Positions 20,311 through 29,270 of a stretch of DNA of 64,000 bases are shown here, one piece after another. Within the stretch, counting starts at the first letter, position 1, and each line of letters opens with the position of its first letter. This stretch comes from a bacterium (GTDB taxonomy: Bacteria > Bacteroidota > Ignavibacteria > UBA10030): NCBI GenBank assembly GCA_043803945.1, contig JAZDJN010000016.1:224812-288811 (forward strand), read 5' to 3'. A program made the position numbers and the translations under genes. The notes under the pieces are model-generated. The model searched no databases and was not told the DNA's origin. It saw only the letters and a list, made by a program, of their open reading frames with translations.

Positions 20311-22080
20311 ATGCCCAAGTCCCGTGAGTATCGATGGACATTCTCAACAATCGATAGCGCCGATCCAACCTCTCACCAAAATGCTCTTGAGAAGGTGAAA
20401 AGGTTAAGCGACGAATTGAATATCTCACCGATCCTTGCGGAAATTCTGGTTCGCAGAGGGATCGAAACATTTGAGACCGCGCGGGCATTCTTTCGTCCCT
20501 CCCTCGATGATCTTCATGATCCATTCCTCTTCGAAGGAATGTATCGGGCTGTCGACCGGATCGACCGTGCCCTTAAAGAGAAGGAGAAAATACTGATCTA
20601 TGGCGATTATGACGTCGACGGTACGAACAGTACGGCCCTCCTGTGGACATTCTTCAAGCGGCTCGGCGCCGAAGCCTATTACTTTATTCCAGACAGGATT
20701 AAACAGGGCTATGGACTCTCTGCATTCGGTATTGATTATGGAAAAGAAATTGGCGCCACACTGCTGATTGCTGTCGATTGTGGCATTACCGCCATTGAAC
20801 CTGTTGCTTATGCTACATCCCTTGGTATCGATGTTATCATCTGCGACCACCATGAACCGGGAGATAAGATTCCCGATGCCTACGCCGTGCTCGATACCTT
20901 CATGCCGGGGTGCCGTTATCCCTTCAAGTATCTCTGCGGCTGTGCAGTTGCATTCAAATTAATCCAGGGTATTACAAAGACGCTGTTTGATATCGAAAAT
21001 GATGAAGTGAAGCAGTCGCTTTATAGTTACCTTGATTTTGTCACTCTCGCCACAACTGCCGATATTGTAAACCTGACTGGAGAAAACAGGCTCCTCGTGA
21101 AACTGGGGCTGGAGCTTCTCAATACAAATCCTCGACCGGGCATTCGTGCTCTCATCGAATCTTCCGGCCTCAAGCTGGGCAAGATATCGGCGGGCCAGAT
21201 TGTCTTTGTCCTTGCTCCAAGAATCAACGCCGTGGGAAGACTCGGTGATGCGCTCCGTGCCGTACAATTACTCACATGCCCGTCGTACGAGGAAGCGCTC
21301 AAACTCGCACAGGTGTTTGAAGAGGAAAATCGCAATCGACGAAAAATCGATGAAGGTACATTTCTTGAAGCCCAGGAACTTGTCGAAAACTATTTGAACT
21401 TCGAAAAGGAAAGTGCCATCATCCTTCATCAGGAAACCTGGCATCCCGGTGTTATCGGCATTGTTGCTTCCCGGCTCGTGGAAAAGTACTATCGTCCGGC
21501 GATTATGATGACTACGATTGATGGTGTTGCTAAAGGTTCGGCACGAAGCGTCGCAGGATTCGATATTTACCAGGCGTTAAAAAAGTGTGAAGATAAACTG
21601 CTCCAATTCGGAGGACACAAATACGCAGCTGGCCTCTCAATTGAAATCGATCGTCTTGATGAATTCAAGGAGGCATTCAATGCCATTGCCCGCGAATTGC
21701 TGACAGAAGAACTTCTGACGCCTGAAATTCGGATAGATGCAGAAATTTCGCTTCGCGAATTGACTCCAAAATTCGTCCGAATCTTATGCCAATTTGCCCC
21801 GTTCGGTCCCAACAACATGCGCCCGGTTTTTGTGGCCCGCAATGTTGAGGTGGTCGGCACTCCGAGAATTGTCGGAGGAAAACATTTGCGTCTGAAAGTA
21901 AAGAATAACGGGCAGATCTTCGATGCTATTGGATTTAATCTTGCCGGAATGCTTGATCTTGTCACGAGCGGAGAAGGATCTCTCTCTATCGCATTTTCGC
22001 TCGATGAGAGTGAATATTTTGGTGAAGTTATTCCTCAATTGAAGCTTCGAGACATCAAACGGGAAGCTGCGGGAGCGTAG
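20311..22080 (+). CDS. recJ: Single-stranded-DNA-specific exonuclease RecJ
   Basis: DHH (IYGDYDVDGTNS, DHH) and DHHA1 domains; 589 aa. Confidence 0.9.
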   Translation: MPKSREYRWTFSTIDSADPTSHQNALEKVKRLSDELNISPILAEILVRRGIETFETARAFFRPSLDDLHDPFLFEGMYRAVDRIDRALKEKEKILIYGDYDVDGTNSTALLWTFFKRLGAEAYYFIPDRIKQGYGLSAFGIDYGKEIGATLLIAVDCGITAIEPVAYATSLGIDVIICDHHEPGDKIPDAYAVLDTFMPGCRYPFKYLCGCAVAFKLIQGITKTLFDIENDEVKQSLYSYLDFVTLATTADIVNLTGENRLLVKLGLELLNTNPRPGIRALIESSGLKLGKISAGQIVFVLAPRINAVGRLGDALRAVQLLTCPSYEEALKLAQVFEEENRNRRKIDEGTFLEAQELVENYLNFEKESAIILHQETWHPGVIGIVASRLVEKYYRPAIMMTTIDGVAKGSARSVAGFDIYQALKKCEDKLLQFGGHKYAAGLSIEIDRLDEFKEAFNAIARELLTEELLTPEIRIDAEISLRELTPKFVRILCQFAPFGPNNMRPVFVARNVEVVGTPRIVGGKHLRLKVKNNGQIFDAIGFNLAGMLDLVTSGEGSLSIAFSLDESEYFGEVIPQLKLRDIKREAAGA

Positions 22081-22218
22081 CGGAGTTCCTGTTGTATCCT
22101 CCGACGTACGATCGGAGTTGAACAAGAATATTGCGTGTTGAATTTCATTGATTCGGGACTCACAATGACAGTGGTACTTGAGTACTCAATCTACGACCAT
22201 TAACGACTCACAATTTCC

Positions 22219-22788
22219 ATGATTATTCTGGGCGTCGATCCCGGCACACTTATTACAGGCTATGGAGTCATTGAGGTAAAAAACGGAAAACTCCGAATGC
22301 TTGCTTCCGATGTAATCAAGAATCGAAGCGACTATTCCATGCCCCTCCGCCTGAAGAAAATTTACGATACGCTCTGTATGGTGATCGACCGATATCATCC
22401 CGATGAGTTCGCCATTGAGACTGCATTTTATGGGAAGAATGTTCAATCGGCACTCAAGCTTGGCCATGCCCGGGGTGTTTCAATACTTGCCGCAGTCCAT
22501 CGCCAACTCCCGACCTCAGAGTACTCTCCAAGGGAGATCAAACAATCGGTTGTCGGCAGTGGCGCTGCATCAAAGGATCAGGTGAGTTACATGGTCCAAG
22601 CAATCTTTCGAATTAAAGAGAGATCAAAAAACCTTGACGTTACTGATGCCCTCGCAGTGGCTTTTTGCCATTACTTGCGACGGGTATCCACCCCCACACT
22701 GTCCGGCAAACCAGCCAGCCGGTCCAAATCATCCGCCACAAGCTGGAAATCATTCGTTGAGAAGAACACACATAGGATCATCAAATAA
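22219..22788 (+). CDS. ruvC: Crossover junction endodeoxyribonuclease RuvC
   Basis: MIILGVDPGTLITGYGVIE...ETAFYGKN...TDALAVAFCH catalytic residues. Confidence 0.9.
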   Translation: MIILGVDPGTLITGYGVIEVKNGKLRMLASDVIKNRSDYSMPLRLKKIYDTLCMVIDRYHPDEFAIETAFYGKNVQSALKLGHARGVSILAAVHRQLPTSEYSPREIKQSVVGSGAASKDQVSYMVQAIFRIKERSKNLDVTDALAVAFCHYLRRVSTPTLSGKPASRSKSSATSWKSFVEKNTHRIIK

Positions 22789-22790
22789 AC

Positions 22791-23399
22791 ATGATAGCCT
22801 CACTCACTGGCCTCCTTCGACATAAGGCACCGACTGAAATCATCATCGATGTTCAAGGAGTCGGTTATGCCATTCACATTCCATTCTCAACATATGAGAA
22901 ACTCGGTGAACTCAATTCAACAGCTACCCTGCTCACCTATCTTCAAGTGAGGGAAGATGCAATGCAGCTCTATGGTTTCTTCACTGAAGAGGAACGGTTT
23001 TACTTTAAACTTCTTATTTCAGTGTCAGGCATTGGGCCGAGGATTGCTCAAGGGATACTCTCGGGAATCTCGGTGGATGATCTGGGGAAACACATCGCAT
23101 CAGGCAACATCCTAGCACTCACGGCAATTCCGGGGGTAGGGAAGAAAACAGCCGAGCGTATGATTATCGAATTACGCGATAAAATCGGCAAACTTGACAC
23201 TGTGCATCCCTCAACCGCTGCACAGACAAGTCTCCCATCAGATACTCGGTATGAAGCAATGCTCGCACTCACTTCTCTGGGGTATCCGAAACCAGTCGCC
23301 GAGAAAGCTATCCGTCTCGCCTCGAGCGAATCAGGCGGGACAGAGCCTACTTTGCAAGACCTTATCAAACGAGCATTGCGGCATACGACGACAAAGTAA
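22791..23399 (+). CDS. ruvA: Holliday junction DNA helicase RuvA
   Basis: MIASLTG...GVGYAIHIP OB fold, HhH motifs (IPGVGKKTAERMI), C-terminal domain III. Confidence 0.9.
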   Translation: MIASLTGLLRHKAPTEIIIDVQGVGYAIHIPFSTYEKLGELNSTATLLTYLQVREDAMQLYGFFTEEERFYFKLLISVSGIGPRIAQGILSGISVDDLGKHIASGNILALTAIPGVGKKTAERMIIELRDKIGKLDTVHPSTAAQTSLPSDTRYEAMLALTSLGYPKPVAEKAIRLASSESGGTEPTLQDLIKRALRHTTTK

Positions 23400-23449
23400 T
23401 TCTCGACGCACATTGATATTCAACCCTGTTCTCGCTACATTTTATCTGT

Positions 23450-24490
23450 ATGAGACAATCAGATTACACATCTCCTGAACCACTGGAACAGGAAAAAGAA
23501 CTCGATCATTCATTGCGCCCATCGAGACTCAACGACTTTACCGGACAGCAGAAGCTGGTCGATAACCTTGTTGTATTTATACACGCCGCTAAACAACGTA
23601 ACGAACCGCTTGATCACGTACTCCTGACAGGGCCGCCAGGCCTCGGTAAAACGACGCTGGCATTCATCATCGCCAACGAGATGGGCACAGGGATTAAGAT
23701 CACATCGGGCCCCGCATTGGAAAAACCCGGAGACCTTGCCGGCATCCTCACTTCTCTCGGAAAAGGCGAAGTTCTTTTCATTGATGAAATCCATCGCGTT
23801 CCGGTAAAGATTGAAGAGTACCTCTACTCTGCAATGGAAGAGTATCGAGTAGACATTATCATCGATAGCGGACCCGGCGCAAAAACGATTTCGCTCAGCC
23901 TTGAGCCATTCACCTTGGTCGGTGCTACTACACGAGCAGGATTGCTGAGTTCGCCTCTGCGCTCGCGCTTTGGTATTACCAATCGACTCGATTATTATCA
24001 TGCCGATCAATTGAAAACCATCATCGAACGATCTGCGGGTATATTGAATATTGAAATCACAGAAGAGGCCGCCGCCAATTTAGCAAAACGCTCCCGCGGA
24101 ACTCCCCGTATTGCTAATCGTCTATTGCGGCGTTGCCGCGATTTTGCACAGGCAGAACGAAAACTCGCCCAGCATAAAGGAGTCATTACCCGCGAGGTTG
24201 CACAATACTCGCTGCAGGCATTAGAAGTCGATGACCATGGATTGGATGACATGGACAAGAGGATTCTAAAAGTGGTCATTGAAAAATATAAAGGTGGACC
24301 CGTCGGGCTGAACACATTAGCGGTAGCTGTCGGCGAGGAAGCCGGCACAATTGAAGAGGTCTATGAACCGTATCTTATTCAGGAGGGATTCCTCTCGCGC
24401 ACTCCCCGTGGACGCGAGGCAACTGACCTCGCCTATCAACACCTTGGATACCAGCGGAAAGGAATACCGCAGGGATCTCTCGGTTTGTAA
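23450..24490 (+). CDS. ruvB: Holliday junction DNA helicase RuvB
   Basis: AAA+ [19 protein letters not shown], sensor arginines, winged-helix C-terminus. Confidence 0.92.
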   Translation: MRQSDYTSPEPLEQEKELDHSLRPSRLNDFTGQQKLVDNLVVFIHAAKQRNEPLDHVLLTGPPGLGKTTLAFIIANEMGTGIKITSGPALEKPGDLAGILTSLGKGEVLFIDEIHRVPVKIEEYLYSAMEEYRVDIIIDSGPGAKTISLSLEPFTLVGATTRAGLLSSPLRSRFGITNRLDYYHADQLKTIIERSAGILNIEITEEAAANLAKRSRGTPRIANRLLRRCRDFAQAERKLAQHKGVITREVAQYSLQALEVDDHGLDDMDKRILKVVIEKYKGGPVGLNTLAVAVGEEAGTIEEVYEPYLIQEGFLSRTPRGREATDLAYQHLGYQRKGIPQGSLGL

Positions 24491-24701
24491 TCTGGAAACT
24501 GCTTACACTGCTACACTTCGAAATTTCTTCAGGGACCGCAGGACTGACACAATAGCCTTTTATCATGGCGATTCAACCATTTTTAACCACTGATGACACA
24601 CTGATAATCACTGAGAAAAGGAAGTAGTTTGAAATCTTGTCCAAAGAAAGAACAAATAAAATCCTTATCTGTGTTCACCCCATTAAACGGGGTAAATCGG
24701 T

Positions 24702-25430
24702 GTGTCATCCGTGGAGAACTTACTGATGAAGAATTTAAGAAGCTGCTATAACATTCGCGTGATCACCAAACTTCCCCCTTTCTTTTATCTTCGAGATACC
24801 GTGCAAGTGGCTCGAGAGCTTCTTGGGAAACGGTTGGTACGAATTATCAACGGTAGTCGATTAGTCGGAATAATCGTTGAGACCGAAGCGTATTGTGAAG
24901 GAGACGCAGCTTCCCACTCATTCCGCGGCAGAACAAAACGAAATGACGTTATGTTCTGGAGAGGAGGCCACCTCTATGTTTACTTCACTTACGGAATGCA
25001 CTTCTGCGCTAATGTTGTAACGAGAGAAGAAGGGGCAGGCGAAGCGGTGCTGATTCGTGCTATCGAACCCACGGAGGGGATTGAGAGGATGATGAGGAAT
25101 AGAGGGATGAATGAGAGAGGGGGAGAGAGGGAGAATGGGAGAGAGGGTGAGAGTAAGAGTGTGAGAGGGAGAGAGAGTAAGAGTGGAAGAGAGTATGAGA
25201 GTAAGAAACAACTTTTCAATCTAACGAATGGGCCGGCGAAGTTGTGCCAGGCATTTGGCATTGGGAGAGAAGAGAATGGAACGGATTTATCGGGTAATGA
25301 GATCTATATAGTAGATGTCCAAAGCGAGAGACGACTAACGATCAGCTCTTCAACGAGGGTAGGTATTAAAAATGGGAAGGGAAAAAAATGGAGATATTAT
25401 GTGAAGGGTAACGATTGGGTATCAACTTGA
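24702..25430 (+). CDS. mpg: DNA-3-methyladenine glycosylase (Mpg/AAG family) with ~35-aa low-complexity Gly/Glu/Arg/Ser insertion
   Basis: VARELLGKRLV...ETEAYCEGDAASHSF...LYVYFTYGMHFCANVV...LIRAIEPTEGIE [insert] LTNGPAKLCQAFGI. The true start is possibly MKNL at about 24726. Confidence 0.8.
   Translation: MSSVENLLMKNLRSCYNIRVITKLPPFFYLRDTVQVARELLGKRLVRIINGSRLVGIIVETEAYCEGDAASHSFRGRTKRNDVMFWRGGHLYVYFTYGMHFCANVVTREEGAGEAVLIRAIEPTEGIERMMRNRGMNERGGERENGREGESKSVRGRESKSGREYESKKQLFNLTNGPAKLCQAFGIGREENGTDLSGNEIYIVDVQSERRLTISSSTRVGIKNGKGKKWRYYVKGNDWVST
25073..25208 (+). repeat. 136-nt C-free polypurine (G/A, few T) tract embedded in-frame in mpg
   Basis: No cytosine on the + strand across this span; GAGAGG/GAGTAAGAG-like degenerate repeats encode ...RGMNERGGERENGREGESKSVRGRESKSGREYESKK. 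Confidence 0.7.
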
Positions 25431-25484
25431 ACTTTCGATTTCATGAAAGACCAGGGCTGGTGAATGCGTATGAAAATAATCTTC

Positions 25485-25709
25485 TTATGACACCCGCTTT
25501 AATGCTTGAAGCGGCGCATCAAGTTCTAAACGCAGCAAAGATCTCATTTGGATTTTCCGTGAAGCATTGAGAATTTCAATACCCACGATCTTATTCGTTT
25601 TTGTTGTATCAAGATTCACACCATCTGTAATCTCTACAACTCCATCGGGGCGACTCTTCGAGAGTTCAATATATACTGAATCGGTCTCTTTGTCATAATA
25701 TACTTTCAT
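25485..25709 (-). CDS. DUF2283 domain protein (putative antitoxin-like partner of a DUF4258 protein)
   Basis: MKVYYDKETDSVYIEL...GVNLD...NKIVGIEILNAS matches the DUF2283 signature; 74 aa. Confidence 0.7.
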   Translation of the reverse strand: MKVYYDKETDSVYIELSKSRPDGVVEITDGVNLDTTKTNKIVGIEILNASRKIQMRSLLRLELDAPLQALKRVS

Positions 25710-25882
25710 TCTATTATTCCCTTCTTTAGAGGATATGCAGTCACCACGATATCAAGGTAGTTAAGGTCAGGACGATCTACAATAGAGGCGTGAAGGTTTT
25801 TCCATAAAGGTAATCCCTGGGTATCCAGATGAAGGAAGAAGTCCGACTTCGAAATAATAGAAGTCTGTCTTCTTACGCAGAT
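25706..25882 (-). pseudogene. Possible 3' remnant of a DUF4258-like gene (no start codon; 5' part replaced by a palindromic repeat array)
   Basis: Open frame ...LHLDTQGLPLWKNLHASIVDRPDLNYLDIVVTAYPLKKGIIE. Its TGA stop overlaps the DUF2283 ATG (ATGA). Upstream in-frame TAG and no ATG/GTG/TTG initiator. Confidence 0.3.
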
Positions 25883-25990
25883 CTAGCGAAGATTAGAAGA
25901 CAGACTTCTACGAAAAGGCAGGCCTAAAAGTCCGTCTTCTTACCGAGATTAAGCATGGATCAGAAGACGGACTTTTATATACAGACTTCT
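25837..25990. repeat. Array of five to six copies of a palindromic 15-mer AGAAG-N5-CTTCT in alternating orientation, forming two tandem 15-bp-stem hairpins
   Basis: Copies at about 25837-50, 25859-73 (agaagtctgtcttct), 25895-909 (agaagacagacttct), 25926-40 (aaaagtccgtcttct), 25962-76 (agaagacggactttt), and a partial copy at 25981-90. Period about 33-36 bp. Confidence 0.55.
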
Positions 25991-26014
25991 ACAACGATAT
26001 TTAAAAAAACAATC

Positions 26015-28597
26015 TCACTTTAATAGCAACATACGTTTCGTGTCAATATACTTACCAGCCTGCATGCGATAGATATAGATACCGCTCGGTAGATTTCGAG
26101 TATCGAATCTTACGCTATGCCTGCCCGGCCCCTTCTGTTCGTTGACCAGCATCCCAACCTGCTCTCCGATAAGATTAAAGATCCTCAGCGTCACATATTC
26201 CGAGGAAGGTAAATTGTATTCAATCGTTGTTGATGGATTGAAGGGATTGGGGTAGTTCGAGAGTTTGAATTCAGATGGAACGTTCGAGAGTTCTTCTCTC
26301 ATTTTTTCGAGTACGAGATCCGATGTTGCTCCTTGAGAGGCAATAAGAAATTGCGGATTGGCTTGAACTATATAAATCGGGCCATCATCAAGAGCAACTG
26401 CACCCTTCGATTGATTGGGCAGGACATTGATTCGATAGCTTGCAGTTCCTTTATTTCCACAAGGATCGATAACGGCAAGATTGACCGTATAAACGCGCCC
26501 ATTCCCCCCTCCCATCCGTTCCGCTCGAACCTGAATGGATCTGCAATCTTGAGCAATCACAATATCATTATATGTATTTCCATCATCATCACCAGGCGCA
26601 TCTTCCAATTCATCACTTGATGCAGAAACAATCTGAACATCTGAAACAGGAATCTCACCGGCGCATGCATCATTTACCGACCTTACCATTGCACTTAGAT
26701 TGAAGGAGATGTACTTATGATTGGGTGGCGATAAGTATGCAGGAGAGGCAACGGTGATGATTGGCGGTTTTGCATCGACTATGTTTATGACCACTTGATC
26801 TGTGCTCGTTCCACCATGACCATCATTCACTGTTAAAGTAATGAGATGAGAACCGCAAGGTAAGGTCACAATAGGTGTAGGACCTGTTACGGTGCCAAAT
26901 GGTCCTGTCCACGTAAAGGTTAGTTCATCACCATCAGGATCGCTTGAAGCCGAGGCATTAAGTTGCACTGGTGTGCTTGTAGTGGAGATGCATTCAATCG
27001 TTTGATCAAGTCCAGCATCGGCAATCGGTGGGTGATTGATTGGAGGCAGGCTCGCAATACTTACATTGTCGAAAGATATTCGATCGTCGGCACCCAAGAA
27101 TCCCACACCCCCGCCGGTGAGTGCATTTGCGATAACGGTCAAATCTACCAATAAAGTCTCAACACCGCCCACTTCATTGAAGTAGGCCAAGATCCTGTTT
27201 CCACGAATCGAGATCTTTATATGATAGTCTATTCCCACAGCAATTGTCCTGTTACCTGTTGCCAGATTGGAACCCGAGTTCCCATCGTTGTAGTAGTGTC
27301 TCAAATACCAGCTACCGTTGCGCCCCTGAAAATCGAGATAGTAGGTGTTTAGCATGATGTTGTTACCGGGGGCTCTTTTGACACTACTCAGATAGAAGGC
27401 AACCCTGAGACCGTTGTAGCCGTCTTCCAATGACTGCTCAACCCTCATATCTGCTTCAATCACATAGTTATTCCATGTCGGGCTTCCGCATGCAATAACA
27501 TTGTTTTGCTGGTCGTGAGTAATCAGTTCTGCTCTTCCATTGGATAACGTTGGAGTAACTGCCGGCCCGTACAAACCGGTGCTGAATCCATCGTACCCCC
27601 AGCCGTCCAGGTTGCCATCGCTAAAGGTTTCATAGAACGGCAAAGGGATAACCGATCCATCATCTACTACATTTATTGTCACTTGGTCTGAGTTCAAGCC
27701 TCCCAATCCATCTGAGACTGTGAGAGTTACGACATTGTTCCCGACTGGCATCTGTACTATCGGATTGGATCCAGTTGCAGTCCCAAATGGCCCACTCCAT
27801 AAGTATGAAAGAGGATGACCATCTGGATCGGTGGATAAGCTTCCATCCAACGTGACAAGAGTAGTGCTGCAGATTGTTTGTGCCTTAACCACTTGATCGG
27901 AGCCAGCGTTTGCAATTGGTGAGTTGTTGCCTGATGTAAGGTTCTTATAGATTGTAATTGTACTGCTTGTATGATTAGCGATCACAATATCCGGTTTACC
28001 GTCGTTATCGAGATCTGCGAACTCAACAGAATGCGGTAAACTTCCAGCAGGTATCGACTGAGCAGGTTCAAATGAATTTTCATTCAAGCCAGGAGAAGTA
28101 ATTACATTCCTCAAGATCGAAATATTATCTCCCCCTTGATTTGCACTTGCAATATCTACCCTTCCATCTCCATCTAAATCTGCTGCTGCTATCCAGCGTG
28201 CTACTGGAGAAACAGGAAAGTCAACCTTTGGGGCAATTGTGAAAGAACCAACAGTCGATAAATTTCTAAAAACAGACACCGAAGCTGAATAATCGTTTGA
28301 AGTGATGATATCGATCAGACTATCTTTGTCAACATCGCATACTTTTGGATAATTGACACCCTTAGCCGCTTCAATATCTATGCGTGTTTCAAATAAAATA
28401 TCATGGCCGGTGCTTGTATTTCGTAGAAGAGAAATTGTACTTGAATAAACATTTGTTGTAATGATATCAGGTTTTGAATCGTTGTCAATATCTGCCGTTG
28501 TTACAAAAGTGGGACCATTGCCTGTTAAAAGGCTAATGCGTTGTGAGAATGATGATTCAGTCAGCGAACCTAGTGTGGATTGGTTAACGAACACCAT
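26015..28597 (-). CDS. FG-GAP/VCBS-repeat, PKD-like domain protein with T9SS C-terminal sorting domain (downstream segment of an interrupted gene)
   Basis: Multiple D-x-D-x-DG-x-x-D FG-GAP repeats and Ig-like/PKD segments (LDGSLSTDPDG, LNASASSDPDGD). C-terminal ~80 aa (...TLRIFNLIGEQVG...GIYIYRMQAGKYIDTKRMLLLK) is typical of a T9SS type A CTD. Confidence 0.8.
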   Translation of the reverse strand: MVFVNQSTLGSLTESSFSQRISLLTGNGPTFVTTADIDNDSKPDIITTNVYSSTISLLRNTSTGHDILFETRIDIEAAKGVNYPKVCDVDKDSLIDIITSNDYSASVSVFRNLSTVGSFTIAPKVDFPVSPVARWIAAADLDGDGRVDIASANQGGDNISILRNVITSPGLNENSFEPAQSIPAGSLPHSVEFADLDNDGKPDIVIANHTSSTITIYKNLTSGNNSPIANAGSDQVVKAQTICSTTLVTLDGSLSTDPDGHPLSYLWSGPFGTATGSNPIVQMPVGNNVVTLTVSDGLGGLNSDQVTINVVDDGSVIPLPFYETFSDGNLDGWGYDGFSTGLYGPAVTPTLSNGRAELITHDQQNNVIACGSPTWNNYVIEADMRVEQSLEDGYNGLRVAFYLSSVKRAPGNNIMLNTYYLDFQGRNGSWYLRHYYNDGNSGSNLATGNRTIAVGIDYHIKISIRGNRILAYFNEVGGVETLLVDLTVIANALTGGGVGFLGADDRISFDNVSIASLPPINHPPIADAGLDQTIECISTTSTPVQLNASASSDPDGDELTFTWTGPFGTVTGPTPIVTLPCGSHLITLTVNDGHGGTSTDQVVINIVDAKPPIITVASPAYLSPPNHKYISFNLSAMVRSVNDACAGEIPVSDVQIVSASSDELEDAPGDDDGNTYNDIVIAQDCRSIQVRAERMGGGNGRVYTVNLAVIDPCGNKGTASYRINVLPNQSKGAVALDDGPIYIVQANPQFLIASQGATSDLVLEKMREELSNVPSEFKLSNYPNPFNPSTTIEYNLPSSEYVTLRIFNLIGEQVGMLVNEQKGPGRHSVRFDTRNLPSGIYIYRMQAGKYIDTKRMLLLK

Positions 28598-28678
28598 AAC
28601 TGAATTACCAACAGTCCAAACTCCCCACTCTGAATACTGAGTGACAATAATTTCAGGCTTTCCATCTGAATTTAGGTC

Positions 28679-29140
28679 TTAAATTGTAACACCCCAGGGA
28701 CCCATTGGAGTAAAAAGGTCTATTCTAGATTCAAATGAATTTACAGTAATAGCACCTGGTGAGCTAATATTCCTATATATAGAAACCGATCGCCCTCCAC
28801 AATTTGTTTGCACAATATCCAGTTTTCCGTCTCCGTCGAGATCACCGACAGCAACAGCCGTAACGGTATGTGTACTTCCGGCAATAGGCAAATCAACAGA
28901 TGGGGCGAATGAATTTGCAGAAAGAGGCGCTGATCCTGGTAGTATAATATTACGGTAGATACCAACACTATTGGATGCTACCTTCGGCACAACCAGATCA
29001 AGCATCCCATCTCGATCGATATCAGCTACTACCATGCCGTACGGATTTGAGGCATTATAAATATCCGACCTGGGACCAACTATGATCTGAGCGGATATCA
29101 CAAATGGAATGAGAATAAGCAATAATAGACCTCTAATCAT
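28679..29140 (-). CDS. N-terminal segment (signal peptide + FG-GAP repeats) of the same FG-GAP/T9SS protein, separated from the downstream segment by one in-frame TAA
   Basis: Signal peptide MIRGLLLLILIPFVISAQ and FG-GAP repeats. The frame continues unchanged after the TAA at 28679-28681 into DLNSDGKPEIIVTQ...MVFVNQ... Confidence 0.6.
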   Translation of the reverse strand: MIRGLLLLILIPFVISAQIIVGPRSDIYNASNPYGMVVADIDRDGMLDLVVPKVASNSVGIYRNIILPGSAPLSANSFAPSVDLPIAGSTHTVTAVAVGDLDGDGKLDIVQTNCGGRSVSIYRNISSPGAITVNSFESRIDLFTPMGPWGVTI

Positions 29141-29206
29141 AAATCCTCCTAATTGTTAAAAATGTGGATTACAACTTTGACTTATGGCATTTTATCCTCC
29201 GTGCTG

Positions 29207-29242
29207 AAAAAAAACCGCCACAAAAAAATATTATGAGGCGGT
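29207..29242 (-). terminator. Rho-independent terminator after the anti-sigma gene (stem ACCGCC/GGCGGT, U8 tail on the - strand)
   Basis: + strand reads aaaaaaaaCCGCCacaaaaaaatattatgaGGCGGt. On the - strand the hairpin is followed by TTTTTTTT. Confidence 0.5.
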
Positions 29243-29270
29243 ATTCAAAAAGAATTATGAGGCTCATGGA

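Noticed and set aside
24918-25261. Two antisense ORFs (97 and 90 aa) rich in Leu/Ser/Pro opposite mpg
   Set aside because: They are the reverse-strand translation of the polypurine tract, giving a polypyrimidine and hence L/S/P-rich sequence. There is no independent support.
25837-25990. Possible CRISPR array
   Set aside because: The repeats are only 15 nt, alternately inverted so that they pair with each other, and separated by about 20 nt. There are no cas genes. It is a palindromic repeat cluster, not CRISPR.
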